This document shows, in pieces, positions 51,033 to 64,000 of a DNA stretch of 64,000 nucleotides. The DNA comes from Schmidtea polychroa. Lineage: Eukaryota. The notes beneath the pieces were generated by a model that was not told the origin of the DNA, made no database searches, and worked only from the letters and a program-made list of their open reading frames with translations. The position numbers were made by a program, and so were the translations under genes. The DNA lies in NCBI GenBank assembly GCA_044892525.1, contig CM097885.1, forward strand, positions 28,894,001 through 28,958,000, read 5' to 3'. Within the stretch, counting starts at the first letter, position 1. Every line of letters begins with the position of its first letter.

Positions 51033-51500
51033 TTGGAAAAATTAGCAGAAATATCTGGTGTGAAAATGGAGGATATATTATCTGTTACAAATACCTTAAA
51101 TATAGACTGGGTAGCAAAGAGTGAAGATTCGGGATTTGATGAAACTGATGAAGAAAACACTCAAGATGATGAGGAAACCATTCAAGAAATTGATGGACCT
51201 ATGGAGGAATTTACAGATACTGAACCGCGTGTATATAGCGATTGTATAGATCATGTTATTGAAAATGTTATGAAATGTGGAGATGATGAATGTGAATGTG
51301 TTAATAAATTTTAGTTTGAGTGTATATTTAAAGTATAATATTTAGAATTTCTTTGTTAAAGTTTTGTCTTGAATATTTTTAGCAGTACCTTTACCTTGAA
51401 TATTTTTAATTATTGAATTCGTTGTTTTCTGCCTGGAAATACTAACAGAATATTTTTTAATTCAAAGAATCTTCATTATAAATTTTTGAATTTAAATTTT
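51033..51500 (+). mobile_element. Orphan Polinton fragment: copy of the 93-aa acidic ORF plus subterminal DNA, joined to sequence from the giant-IR arm
   Basis: The ORF is near-identical to 15987..16268. 51405-51500 matches ~5720-5810. Confidence 0.85.
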
Positions 51501-51509
51501 TAAAAATTC

Positions 51510-53860
51510 ACAATTCTGTGAGTTCGAGAAACTGGAAGAATCAAAAGATCCAGCAGAAGATATGATAAGGATATCAGTAACGGCCGGTCTTTACGACGAC
51601 AAAACGAAATTATACCTTGAAAAAATAGGACACAGCGAAGTATCGGTGCAACATATTCAAGAGATCATACAAGACATGGAACAGGTCAAGATATTTACTG
51701 CAAATTTCTAGAAAGCAAATGAAAATGAGCAAAATATAAACACATTTTATTCACGAAAAAAATTTATTCCAAGAGAGAACTTTCCAAAGAGAACGCATTG
51801 TGGTTCTGAACATAGGCACGGCAAATGCCTTGCATTTGGGAAAAGTTGCACCAAATATGGGAAACTAAATCATTTTGCTGGAGTATGTAGATCATCAAGT
51901 AGATCAAATAAACCGAGTATTCGCGTTATGAGCCAAGAAAGCATAAAATCAGATATTGGAACAATCATCGCATATAATTCGTATAGGAAGGAGCTAGTAA
52001 ATTGTAAAATAAACTCGTACGAGGTGCTTATGCAGGTTGACACGGGTGCAGATGTGTCCATAATATCGTCCAGAATGTGGGAGAATATAAGTAAACCTCA
52101 TTTAGCCCATTCGTAAGTTAGATTGTCAGTATACGATGATCATACGATGATGTGCCGAGGTCAGTTTCTTGCCGATATAGAAACTAAAAACAAGCATCAG
52201 GTCATAAAATTAGCGGTTATTGAATTAGATAAAATATATGGTCTTTTAGGCAGAAATCTTTTAAAAGCAGAAACCAGCAATCACAATGTCACGATGAAGA
52301 GTACATTTCTTCCCAAAATCAAAGTAATTCAAGCCACAATGATACCAATAAAAGAGGCCAGGAATGTATTCTGTAAGGCAAGAACCGTTCCGTTGGCAAT
52401 TAAAACAAGAATCAACGAGGAATTATCATGTCTTGAGGAAATGGGAGACATCTCACAATGCAAAAATCCAGTAATGAATTGTTCTCCCGTAGTATGAATA
52501 AAAAAGAGAATGAGATTTAGGGATGTGTGTGGATTTCAAAGTTCATATAAACCAGAAATTCAAGACGGAATCATATCCTCTATCCAAGATAGAAACTATA
52601 TTCGCACGCATGAAAAATGTGAAACATTTTGCCAAAGTAGACCTAAAATCGGCCTATTGGCAAATTGAGTCTGATAAAGAGGCACGACAACTATCAATTA
52701 TTAATATTTCAAAAGGTTTATATTATGTAAATCGCCTGCAGATGGGCATGAAAAATGCTTCACCGATATTTCAAAGAACCATGGAGGAAATTTTATGAGA
52801 TACAAAAGGTATCCTTATATACCAAGATGACGTTCTGGTTTTTGGAGACCATGATGTTTCGTTAAAAAACGGTTAGACACCTAAACGCCTAAAAGAAAAG
52901 AAAATCACTGTAAACAAAGAAAGGTCAATTGAGTAAGTCGATGAAATTACGTTTTTAGGGTTCAATATATCTAGTCGAGGTATTCAGCCGGATAATAAAT
53001 TAGTAAGAAAATTACAAGACATCATTGTTCCTACGAATAGAAAAGAAGTAGAAAGCTTTATCGGACTAACAAACTATTTTGGTAGACTCATTTCCAAATA
53101 CTCGGACAAAATTGCATCTTTGAACAACCTAAGAAAAATAGTATTTTTGTTTGGACGGAGAAATGTCAAGAAAGTTTCAACCCACTAAAGAAGGAATTAT
53201 CCGATCATCCGGTAGTGAAACCGTAGTCCCTTGAAAAAGAAGTGACTCTGACGATAGACGCATCCTTGAACGCCGTCGAAGCAGTTCTAACTCAAGAACG
53301 TTACCCAGTGATTTATGTTTCCAGAACTCTGAGCTAAGCAGAGCGTAATTATTCAAACATAGAAAAAGAAGCCTTAGCGATTGCATGGTCTGTAACCAGG
53401 TTGAGTCATTTCCTTCTAGGAAGAAAATTCATAATTCATACCGATCATTGACTATTGAAATATTTATTTGGAAGTCTTAGCACGGTAACAAAATGGGCAA
53501 TACAACTGATGAAATATGACTATGATATAACATATATTCCGGGAGCACAGATCCCACACGCAATGCCATGTCAAGACTTAAAGGAAAGTGTTAATTTCGA
53601 CACTATGAATGTGCCACAAATTTACAACGTCACATTCTGTAATGTTTTAGATCCAAAAGAAATTATAAATGAACTTGAGATTGATGAACGGTTGAAAGGA
53701 ATTATACAACGAGTGATAAGTGGAAGATGGTCCAAATGCAGTCAATTTGAAACATAATTTAAAAACAAATCATAAAAGTATCACAATCGACAACAAAATG
53801 CTGTAAAATGGCTATAGAATGATCCCGAGAGACTTCGTGAAAATCCCTTTAATTTAATCC
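51510..53860 (+). mobile_element. Decayed Gypsy retrotransposon (gag knuckle, protease, RT, RNase H)
   Basis: GKLNHFAGVC, QVDTGADVSI, CVDFK, VDLKSAYWQI, YQDDVLV and NYSNIEKEALAI, with many stops. Confidence 0.92.
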
Positions 53861-54286
53861 ACGAGAAAATTTAATTGTTTAATATTATCATTATAATATT
53901 TAATAATATTTATAATATATTATTAGCATTCTTTATATTGAAATGAATGGACTGCTTTTATAAAATTTGAGAGTTATATTAATTCATTATATACATAATT
54001 ATTATCTTATGAGAAATAATTCTAAATTCTACATTGAAGTACAATAAGTTTTGTTAAGATTTAAGGCTCAAATTGAAATTTATTTTGTAAAGTCTTCAAT
54101 CATGACAAAATCTTTGGTGCACACCTGTATATATATTTTATATAGAGTATTTATTAAAAAGCTTGACTATGAATCAGTAAATATATCAAAAGAGCATCGA
54201 TATATTTACTGATTCATAGTCAAGCTTTTTTAATAAATATAATTTCAATTGAAAATAAATCAGCGGTGAAATCTGAAAAAAGTTCT

Positions 54287-54337
<51 letters not shown>

Positions 54338-54497
54338 TTACAATACTTAGTCCAGACGTTTTGAAATCATTTACAATAATTTTATAATCATTTTGAGAGA
54401 CTGCATTTCATTCTTTACAAAGTGATGATATAAGCAGTGATTATGAAATGAAATCTTCACTTTTATGAATGTGTATGTTTAATTTAAATTCGTGTAC

Positions 54498-54694
54498 CTT
54501 AAATGTCTATACATGTCCTGGGTTAAAATTCTAACTGATTCCTCTTCCATCGGGCAAAGTATTCTCACGTCATTCGAATTGATGATTTGGTTTTTAGGGA
54601 CTGTTTCAACGCATTCTTTGGGAGAAACGATTGTATTTATTTCTACACCGGCACTATTATTATTTCTGTTTCGCCATTTGTCCTCAAGCATTTT
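54498..54694 (-). CDS. CFAP45: CFAP45 5'-most recognisable exon (MLEDKW..ESVRILTQDMYRHLR)
   Basis: ESVRILTQDMYRHL resembles CFAP45 ETIQLITRDMVREL. The phase-2 donor joins the 38851 exon. An acceptor just upstream suggests a further exon. Confidence 0.8.
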
Positions 54695-56019
54695 CTAATT
54701 AAATAAAATATTTTAAAAATTAAACAAAATTATATTTTTTATTTTTAACAAAAAAATATTCATTAATTGTTTTTAATTCAAAAGCTATTTTTAATGTCAG
54801 AATTTGATAATTTAATTGAAATCATCAAATATTAATATAACATATGCTGGAATTTAAAAGCACTTAACCCTATAAGTACCACAAAATGTAAAATGTCCCA
54901 ACTATTAAATTTTTAAAAAAACAGTTTAAATGTCAGAATTATTATAATTTACAAATTCTTCCTAGATGAAATCTGAATTATTATTATAATTCTCTACATA
55001 TGTAATAGGTAAATGAGATATACATATACATAATATATGTTGGATTTATAATAATTTCAGCAGTGTCCTTATTCAAAACTTCAAAACCTAACACAATTAA
55101 GTTTTATTTTCAACAAATAAGCTCTTCACAATTCAAATTTACTTTTTAGTTTCAACAACTAGTGATATCATTTATTTGAACACTTCAATAAGCAATTATA
55201 GTTTTGCATCTACGAATCTGAGTATTCATTAGCATTACACTACAGATTATATTGCAATATAAAACACTTGTAAAAATGTTTGATGTGTTTGTTACTTACA
55301 CTTACTGTTCTCGGTAAATCGTAATAGATGAATTAACATTTCATTTTTTCCACCTTTCCTAAAAGGCTAAAGTACCATTAATCAAATTCTTTTGTCACTC
55401 TTCCATTGGAATAAACACAATACATTTTAAAATATTTTATCGCCTTATGAAAGGTCGCTATTACGTTTGTCAAGATCAAGGATTTTGTTTAAATACTGTA
55501 ATTGAATATTCATCAAATAATGTTTTTAAGATTTTACATTGACTTTTTTAAGTTTTACCTACAAATTTGTGATTTATAAAGCTGAATGAACACTTTGGTA
55601 TTCATAATAACATTTGAAAATGAAATTCACCTTCATTATTTACTATTTTGTACTTTATTTTCTCAAAAACTCTAAAGTATTAAGATTGAATTCACTACCC
55701 TTCGACATTAAATTTAAAAATTTTAAATTTTATATTTTACTATTTTTTAAAATTTTAAAATTTTAATTTCTTTGTTTCCATTAAATATTTCTATATATCA
55801 AGAGATCTGTTAAATAAAACTAAAAGTCGAATTCAAATTATATTCAAAAATTATAACAATATCGGTTTGACTAAACAAATCATTAAATTGACGATTAAGC
55901 ATTTCTAAATAACAATAATAATTATGTACGCCATAATATAATACGAATATAATACTTTAATATATGTATATGTTAATTTCTTAATAGTAATAATTCAGAT
56001 GTAATTTATTATTATAATA

Positions 56020-59000
56020 TTATATTGTGCTAATAATTAAATCTTCCTCACATCCCCCCTGTTTAAAAGGCTTTAGCCATTCTACATTTCGAATCATTGT
56101 TTTACCTTCTTTATCCATAAGTTCGTAACTTCTATCATGTAGTTTTTTTATCACTCGAAAAGGTCCTCTGTATCTATCATCTTCTTTTTTTCTTGTGTCT
56201 ATCTTTACTAAAACGTTGTCATCTATTTTAAATTCTCTATTAATTCTATCTGCGTTTCTGTACTTAACATTTCTTTGCTTTTCTTGTATCTCTTCAATGA
56301 TTCTAATTCGGTCATTAGTAACTTCCTTTTTGTTTTGCCATTCTCTTGTTATTCGAAACCCAAATACTATTTCCGCTGGACTTTTCCCTAATGTACTTTG
56401 TACGGTTGCGTTCAAAGCAAATTCAATTTCTGGTAATACCTCTACCCAATTGCTTTTTAATCTATCTTTAATTGAGGTACTCATGAAATCTCTTATTGTT
56501 CGAAATTGCCGTTCTATTAATCCATTTGCACTATGATGGTATGGACTTGAAAATTGAAGCATTATGTTATGGGTTTTAGCTAATTCTTTCATCACACCTG
56601 ATTCAAATGTCTTCCCACAATCTACTTGAATTATCCTAGGAGAACCGTATTTTAGAATCCAAAATTTCATTATTGTGTCCGCTGTTGTTTTCTCATCTTG
56701 CTTAGAAACTGCTGTAAGAGAAATATATCGAGTGCACATATCAATAATTCCTAAAATATACTTTTTCCCATGTACACTTGTTTTCAAAGGTCCACAAAAA
56801 TCTATAGCAATTGTTTCAAACGGTTTCGACACTTCCGTTTTTAGTATAGTTTCCTTTGTTTTAGTTGTTAGTGTTTTTCTTTTTTGACATAATTCACAAT
56901 TTTGAATAATTTCTGTAGTTATCATTTGTAATTCATCCATGTCATAATTTACTTTTATGTAGTCAATCACTTTTTTGCAACCTGCGTGGCATAGGATTTT
57001 ATGCATTTCTTTGATAAATTTTTCGCGATTGTTTTTAGGAATCCAAATTTTATTTTCTTTTGTCATGATAACATCATCATCAATCTTAAATTTAGTTTTT
57101 ACATTTTTCATGATTAATTCTTTTTGATTTTCTATCTCAACATTACCCTTTTGCCAAATCACACCTTGCTTAACAGCTGTCATTGTTAAAAGTCTTGTTT
57201 TCATTTTTTCTGTTTTAGGATTTTCATGAACTTCCATACATTGAGTACATCGTCCACACTTATCTCGGGATAATGCATCTGCATTGGTATGTTCCATACC
57301 TTTTCTAAATGAAATATCCATATCCAAACTGCTAAGAAAATTTATCCAAGTTTGGAATTGTGCCGTGATTGGCTTTTTTGTTGCCATCATGAATGTTATT
57401 GCTTTATGGTCCGTTCTTAATTTAAATTTTTTCCCATACAAATAATGTTTAAAATGTTGAGTAAAATAATAAATGGCCAATAACTCCTTCCTTGTTATAC
57501 AATAACCTATTTCATGCTTATTCATTGAATGGAACCATATGCAATTACTCGCTCATGTCCCTGTTCGTCTAACTGTGATAAAACCGCACCAATTGTGTCA
57601 AAACTTGCATCAGTGTCCAAAATAAATTCTTTCTGAAAGTTAGGGTATATTAATACTGGTGTTTTCGATAATGCATTTTTTAATTCTTCAAATGCTTCTT
57701 CACATTTTTCTGACCATATAAGTTTTTCATTAGTAGTACCACATATAGACTCTAATATTCGTGAAAACATTGAATAATTTTTTATAAATTTTCTATAATA
57801 ATTACACAACCCCAAAAAACTTCTTAGTTGTTTCAAACATTGAGGTCTTACAAAATTTTTAATTGCTTCAATTTTATTTTCATCCACTTTCACACCTTCA
57901 TTATTAATTATATGGCCTAAAAATTTTGTCTCATTTGTTAAAAATATACATTTTTCTGGATTTACTCGTAATCCCGCTTCCTTAATTTTCATTAATACTT
58001 CATTTATTCTTTTAAAATGCTCTTCTTTATTTGTAGGAAATATTAATATGTCATCCAAATATACAATAGCTGTATTCCACAGAAGTTTTCCTAAAACCAT
58101 ATTCATTAGTTTTTGAAATGTAGCCGGTGCCGCAGCAATTCCAAAAGGCATTCTATTAAAACAGTACTGTCCGCTCCTTGTTGAAAATGCGGTTTTTTCT
58201 TGTGAATTATTTGTTAACTCCACTTGATAATATGCACTTCCAAGATCTATAGTACTAAAAAACTTGGATCCATTGAGTGAATCTAACATTTGTTCAATAT
58301 TAGTCATTGGAAATATTTGTCTTTCTGTTATTTTATTTAGGTTTCTAAAATCCAAACACAATCTGATGTCATTCTTTTCTTTTTTCCAAACACATACCAA
58401 TGGAGTATTCCAACTCGAATCACATTTCCTAATAATACCATTTTCTTCCAAATTTTTTATAGCTTCCTCAATTTTTTCTTCTAAATGAGCCGGTTGTCGT
58501 CTAGGGTTCATGTAAATTGGGCCCTCAGTAGTTTTGATTTCGTGCCATAATAAATCTGTTTTTCCAATGTCCCATTTATCAGCCATAAAAACTTCTTTAT
58601 TTTCATTAATTATCTGATACATTTTATCTCCTTTTTTTAAATCAAATAATTTTATTGCTCGACTAAATCTTTTCTCATCATTATATGAGTTGCTAAATCT
58701 TGCCTCAATATTACAAATTTCATTAAAATTATTTTCTATTTCCGTATTTTCAGTTATACTATCGTTTATTTTCATTAACTTGATGTTGAATTGACGAAGT
58801 AAATCTATCCCACCAATAATTGACGGTGAAACCTTTTTAACAACAACAAAAATCACATTCTCTTCTTTGTTACCGATTTGAATCTTCAATTTAACATTGC
58901 CAAATGTTTCCAATGGACTGCCATTTGCACACCAAATTCCTTCATTGTGAGGTTTAATATCTATCTCACCTATTTCTTTGATGATCGAGCTATCTATTAC

Positions 59001-59546
59001 ATTCATTCTAGCCCCCGTATCCAATAGACAATGTTTGAAATAAATCCTATTAATCCCAACTATTACGCTTGGTCTTCCACCCATCTTATCATATACAATT
59101 TCTAAATCGTCATTTAAAACAGAAATATTATTTATATGTTTATCCAATGTTTCGTCATAAACAAACCTTTTACTGCTATTTATTAATTTTGCCTCACAAA
59201 TACTTATTATCTTCTTACAATTCTGATCACATTTATTTTCAATTACATTAATTTTATCACGCATCCAATTACAATCATTAATATCAGTTTTATCTCGTAC
59301 GTCATATATAATCTTACTGTTACTCTGATTATCTTCCTTTATTACATCATATTTTTTTAATTTACTTTTCACGTTTTTAATACTATCTTCTAAAATTACA
59401 TCTGATTTAAATCTAATATTTTTTACCTTTAAATTTGATTTAGATATACTGTCTAAATTATTATTACTACTTTTAAAATTATACATACTGTCTAAATTAC
59501 TATTACTATTATTATTAAAAAATATACTATACTTATCTTGGCGCAC
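56020..59546 (-). CDS. pol: Pol (PR-RT-RNase H-IN), split by a 1-nt frameshift near 57530
   Basis: LLDTGA, YLDD, TDAS, RKELLAI, H..H..C..C, IDFCGP, QVDCG..FES, NGLIER and GPF motifs in Gypsy domain order. Confidence 0.95.
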
Positions 59547-59566
59547 ACAATCATCATTATTACCTT

Positions 59567-60730
59567 TTAATGCATGGCTCCTATCATCTCGCCTAATGAT
59601 GGAGCCCTCCCATTTGGGTGTCCATCACTTCGGGTAGACTGAGAATCCTCCGCTTCGTTTCCGCGGTCTTCCATAGCTGCCACTCTTCCATCGGCATATC
59701 TGTCTTGATATCGTCTGTTATCCTCGTAATTTCTAGATTGGTTTCTTCCTGATGATCGTGTGTCTGCTGTTCCCCAACATTGAAACCGCAAATGACCACG
59801 TTTTCCACATCCTGAGCATGAAATCGATGGACATTCTCCCCGGTGATGGCCAGATTCCTTACAAGCGTTGCATCTCAATTCTGAATTTATCTTGTTATTT
59901 TTACATTCTCTAATCATGTGTCCTTCTTTTCCACATCCATAACACTTCTTTTTTGGGCATTCTCGACTCGAATGTCCTAGTTCTTGACAATTCCAACATG
60001 TAACAACGCGACTTCCACTTGCTCTGTTGTCTCTATGGTAATACTGTTGATTAGTATTCCTTCCAGAATCGAAGCTTTGAGCGTGCGGAATAGAATTGAA
60101 TCTTGGTTCAAAATTTCGTCTTTCTTGAACATTCGAAAAATTGCGTTGTCGATCTTGTATATCGGCAAATCCTTGTCGTTTCTTTATTACGTTTGCGAAC
60201 GTTTCTTTTCTTTGCATAACTGCAATACTAGAAACTTCAATGTTGATAGCATCAACTTTACGAATTACGTCCTTGATCTCTTCGACTTTTAAAGCATCTC
60301 GCATCTTGATCTCTTTTTGGATTTCTTTGTCTTTGACACAATGTATCAAAAAATAAGCGACTAATTCGTTTTTATCCCACTTGTGTTTCAATACTTTGTC
60401 GACCATTTTCTCAATCTTTTCGAAAAACACTGGCGCTGCATCGTTATCTTTCTCATAATTGTATAAGTTCAGAAAATCGCCTATCAGTGTTGACGGCTTC
60501 TTGAAAGCTTCTCTGAGTCTATCTTCAAAATTAATAAATTTGACATCGACGGCTTCATAAATCGGTAAAATATCTCTTGAAATAAGGCATTTTATCATCA
60601 TATTTTGGTTATCTTGATCTAACCCACATAACTGAAAATATCGCTTACATTCTTCAATGAAAGTTTCGATTTCGTGTCTTCCGTCGTAAACATCCGGAAT
60701 CATCTTATTCACTATTGCCAGGGTCGCCAT
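59567..60730 (-). CDS. gag: Gag with multiple CCHC zinc knuckles
   Basis: CWNCQELGHSSREC, CYGCGKEGHMIREC, CNACKESGHHRGEC and CSGCGKRGHLRFQC. Confidence 0.95.
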   Translation of the reverse strand: MATLAIVNKMIPDVYDGRHEIETFIEECKRYFQLCGLDQDNQNMMIKCLISRDILPIYEAVDVKFINFEDRLREAFKKPSTLIGDFLNLYNYEKDNDAAPVFFEKIEKMVDKVLKHKWDKNELVAYFLIHCVKDKEIQKEIKMRDALKVEEIKDVIRKVDAINIEVSSIAVMQRKETFANVIKKRQGFADIQDRQRNFSNVQERRNFEPRFNSIPHAQSFDSGRNTNQQYYHRDNRASGSRVVTCWNCQELGHSSRECPKKKCYGCGKEGHMIRECKNNKINSELRCNACKESGHHRGECPSISCSGCGKRGHLRFQCWGTADTRSSGRNQSRNYEDNRRYQDRYADGRVAAMEDRGNEAEDSQSTRSDGHPNGRAPSLGEMIGAMH

Positions 60731-63038
60731 GTTAAATAAAACTAAAAGTCGAATTCAAATTATATTCAAAAATTATAACAATATCGGTTTGACTAAACAA
60801 ATCATTAAATTGACGATTAAGCATTTCTAAATAACAATAATAATTATGTACGCCATAATATAATACGAATATAATACTTTAATATATGTATATGTTAATT
60901 TCTTAATAGTAATAATTCAGATGTAATTTATTATTATAATATTATATTGTGCTAATAATTAAATCTTCCTCACAAGATCAAATGTATTTTTTACTATGTT
61001 TTGTTTGTTTGTCAAATTTAATTTTTCTAACCACTTTCTCAATTTCTATTTTGTTCTATATAACATGAATTCAGCACACAGATCAGTTTGTATGTTTCTA
61101 TAATATAAGTTTATTGATTTGTTTAATATTATGGGTGTTATTATTCCATGCAAACAAGTTTATATAATGTTTAATTATTTTTTTCATATGTGAACACATC
61201 TTGTTTCAATGACCCTCTTCATTTTATCGATTGAGGTTGAATAAAAAACTTGCAAATGTTCGTCATTACGAATCTCGCATATTCAAATATATATAATCAA
61301 TACAAGTGTGTAACTATTACTGAGATTTTATTTATCCATGATAATTATAATTATGCGTATATCTAATATTAAAATGTAATATTTAGATTAACATCAATTT
61401 CGCAAACATTAATACAAACATTAAATTTTCAAAACGACTAATGAAAATTATCCCAAAAATTATTTAAAATTATAATTATAATTTTTAAACACTTACAGTT
61501 AAATTATTAATTAGTAATAATTTATGTTAAAAATAGTACATTTGAATTCCATATTTATTAACCACAATAACCATAATTACTTTTAATTTTTCTTAAAACC
61601 TTATTACAATTTCAAACATTTTTATTTACCATATATAAACAAATCCAAGTCTTATTTTTTAACTTTACTTAATTATTAATTTTTCATAAAATCGAACATT
61701 TTTAAAATTTAAGATAGATCAGTAAAATATTATTTCCAGGATTATTTCCAATTTCTATTTCCTTCAATAAATTAAAATTTTTTAAAATTTTTTACAGCTT
61801 TAATTAAATATCATTAATAACAATAATAACACTTACTCTACCCATATATGGAATCGTAAAAATAAAAATGTAATTGAAAAAAAAACTTTGAATTGAATTC
61901 TTTTAATTCAGTAAAAATTGTTTTAAAAACCTATAATTTCACTTGAAACCGGCAGTGCCGAAAATTCGTGAATATCAAAATCATCGATATATTTACTGAT
62001 TTATGGTTTTCAAGCTTTTTTAATAAATACTAATTTACTCTGTTTTATGTATTTAATTTAGTTATTATAAGAATATACTATATATATTATATATATTATA
62101 ATATTATAAGAATTATATATTATAAGAATTATTATAAGAACATTTTTTTTAATTTTATTGATAAAAATTATTTTCTTAATTGAATAAAAGTTTACATATA
62201 TTAATCAAGTGGTTGACTGCTCCAATAAAAATGTTGGTAGAAGAAAGATTACAATTCAAAATCCCAAGTAATAAAAATGTTGACAAATATATACAACAAA
62301 ATTAAACAAGGAAATTAAGTCAAATGTTTAAATGAGAATTCATTTATTTTCTGAAAAGATTAAAACTTTTTTGAGAGTTTTTTGTAAATTATAGATGAGA
62401 AGAATTTTGTCTAAAAACCAAAAGATCAAAGAATTATTAATTACTTTGTCGAATTTCAAGTAAACTCAATCTCAGCAGTGTTTTTTGTACTTATAAATAT
62501 TATCTTATTTGCTGGTTATCATATTTTTATTAAACACTTATATATTTTTCAAAGAATAAATTATAATAGAGAAAATTATATATTTGAAATTATTTATAAG
62601 TGATAATTAATAAACAATATTCAAACAGGAAATATATGTATCTATATATATATATATATTAATACGTAAAGAGAAAACTTTCTAACCTTTTTTAAAGCAT
62701 ATAGTTAAAGTGTATATAGGCATAGTTAAAGTGTATATGGAGAAGGAGTGTAGAAAGGTAAAATTTATATGTAATGTTGGTTACAAATAAATTAAATTAA
62801 ATTAAACATTTCACAATAAACTATTGATCGACTTCAAATGTTTCTTTATGTATTCAACAAAGTGAGTAGTGAACTCAATTGTTACTTTTTATTTCATAAG
62901 TATTGCAGGAAATTAAGCCAAACAACTCACCTATTGACATATTTGTACACGCTCACAGTTGATGTAATAGAAATAAATTCAAAAAAATTATAAAACAATG
63001 TATATAGAGTATGCTCTTTGATAAAAAGACCTCAATAA

Positions 63039-63285
63039 CAGAGTCGTAGCTAGGGGGTGGTGAATAGGGCGACCACCCCGGGCGCCAAAACTGTGAAATG
63101 ATCATTTAAATTTTTTTGCATTTTCTTTCTTTTTTTCATATTAAATTTTTTTTTCTTAATTTGACTCTTCAAGACCAATTACATTCCTGTAAGTACATAA
63201 TTAATGGGAGCGGTGGATTCTTTTGGCACCAGGGGCGCCAAATTTCAATCTCGCCCGGGCGCCATTTTCCCTAGCTACTGCTCTG
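63039..63285. mobile_element. hAT MITE
   Basis: TIR CAGAGTCGTAGCTAGGG / CCCTAGCTACTGCTCTG with 8-bp TSD CTCAATAA. Confidence 0.92.
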
Positions 63286-64000
63286 CTCAATAACATTCAA
63301 ACTTACAAATTTAATGAATTACGGTCAAATTTCAACTACTGGGCGATCACTAGTATATATTAATTTCTGTTGTCATTAACTATTATAATTTCTGTTATAT
63401 TTTCTGTAGAAGTGCAAAACCGCAGTTTTTTTGAAACTATAATAACGTTGCTATTGGTATTTCATTATCATCACAAAAATGATCAACGGGTAAATTTAGT
63501 TCAACAGCTTCGGATGATGAATATAAATGTGTTAAATTCGCTTAAAAATTTGAAATAGAGTTGAGATGTGCATTTGAACAGCAACATCAGGATATATTCT
63601 CGAACCACTTGATAAGGTTTCATAAATTTTCATATTGTAAGATTTAGGATCACTAGAGTCCAGAATGAGACCCGAGGAACAATTTTAAGCGTACAGAGAA
63701 ATATCTGCTTGAATTGAAACATACATAATTGTTATTCCCGTAAACATTTTCATTGTCATTATCATCAAATCTTTCATTGGTGCAATAAATGTCTCCAACA
63801 TAATTTGAGCCATGGATCCTCTGTCAGTTTTGGGAACATTGAAAAGAAGAAATTGTCTCACCATATATGGTTAAGATACAAATACCGTGTCTCTCTTCAA
63901 AGTTGAACAGTCATTCATCATTTTCAACAAACTCTTCATTGCACCTCATTTGAACATGGATCTCCTTGGCCTTCAATTGAAGAATTTCATTTAAGACAAT

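Larger units (their letters stand above)
55808..60974 (-). mobile_element. Full-length young Gypsy LTR retrotransposon, 5.17 kb
   Basis: 245-bp TG..CA LTRs at 55808-56052 and 60730-60974, apparently identical. 5-bp TSD AGATC, PBS TGGCGACCCTGGC, PPT AAACAGGGGGGA. Confidence 0.98.

Noticed and set aside
56195..60356. Plus-strand ORFs antisense to Gypsy gag/pol (and similar shadows over Polinton genes)
   Set aside because: Antisense or alternate-frame shadows of real coding sequence.
62925..64000. Possible further 5' CFAP45 exon (GTGAGT donor near 62930) and coding-like sequence at the window end
   Set aside because: I could not obtain a CFAP45-like or otherwise recognisable translation.

Overview
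This is very AT-rich eukaryotic (animal) DNA with long (AAT)n tracts and 42-50 nt introns. The only host gene I can support is CFAP45/CCDC19 on the minus strand, with 5 exons between 54694 and 27944. Its introns are packed with mobile DNA. The main content is a cluster of Polinton/Maverick (adintovirus-like) elements. Element A is 12.7 kb (14803-27476) with AGTAGT...ACTACT ends and a 6-bp TSD AATTAT. It carries packaging ATPase, pX-like protein, integrase, penton, core-like protein, major capsid and adenain protease genes, a PolB gene with its catalytic core deleted, and unexpectedly a TATA-binding-protein (TBP) homologue. Element B is the right end of a sister element ending at 10780, preceded by a giant inverted repeat with arms of at least 2.6 kb and a candidate structured RNA. 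Element C is 7 kb (41283-48252, TSD GACATT) and carries only a decayed PolB gene. A decayed older Polinton with a parvovirus-type PLA2 lies between B and A. Several Polinton genes contain spliceosomal micro-introns, one of them inside the integrase catalytic motif. Also present are a near-intact compact Gypsy element (55808-60974), decayed Gypsy, BEL/Pao and hAT elements, three MITEs and an ASF1 pseudogene. All calls come from reading the sequence and recalling family motifs; no database searches were run.
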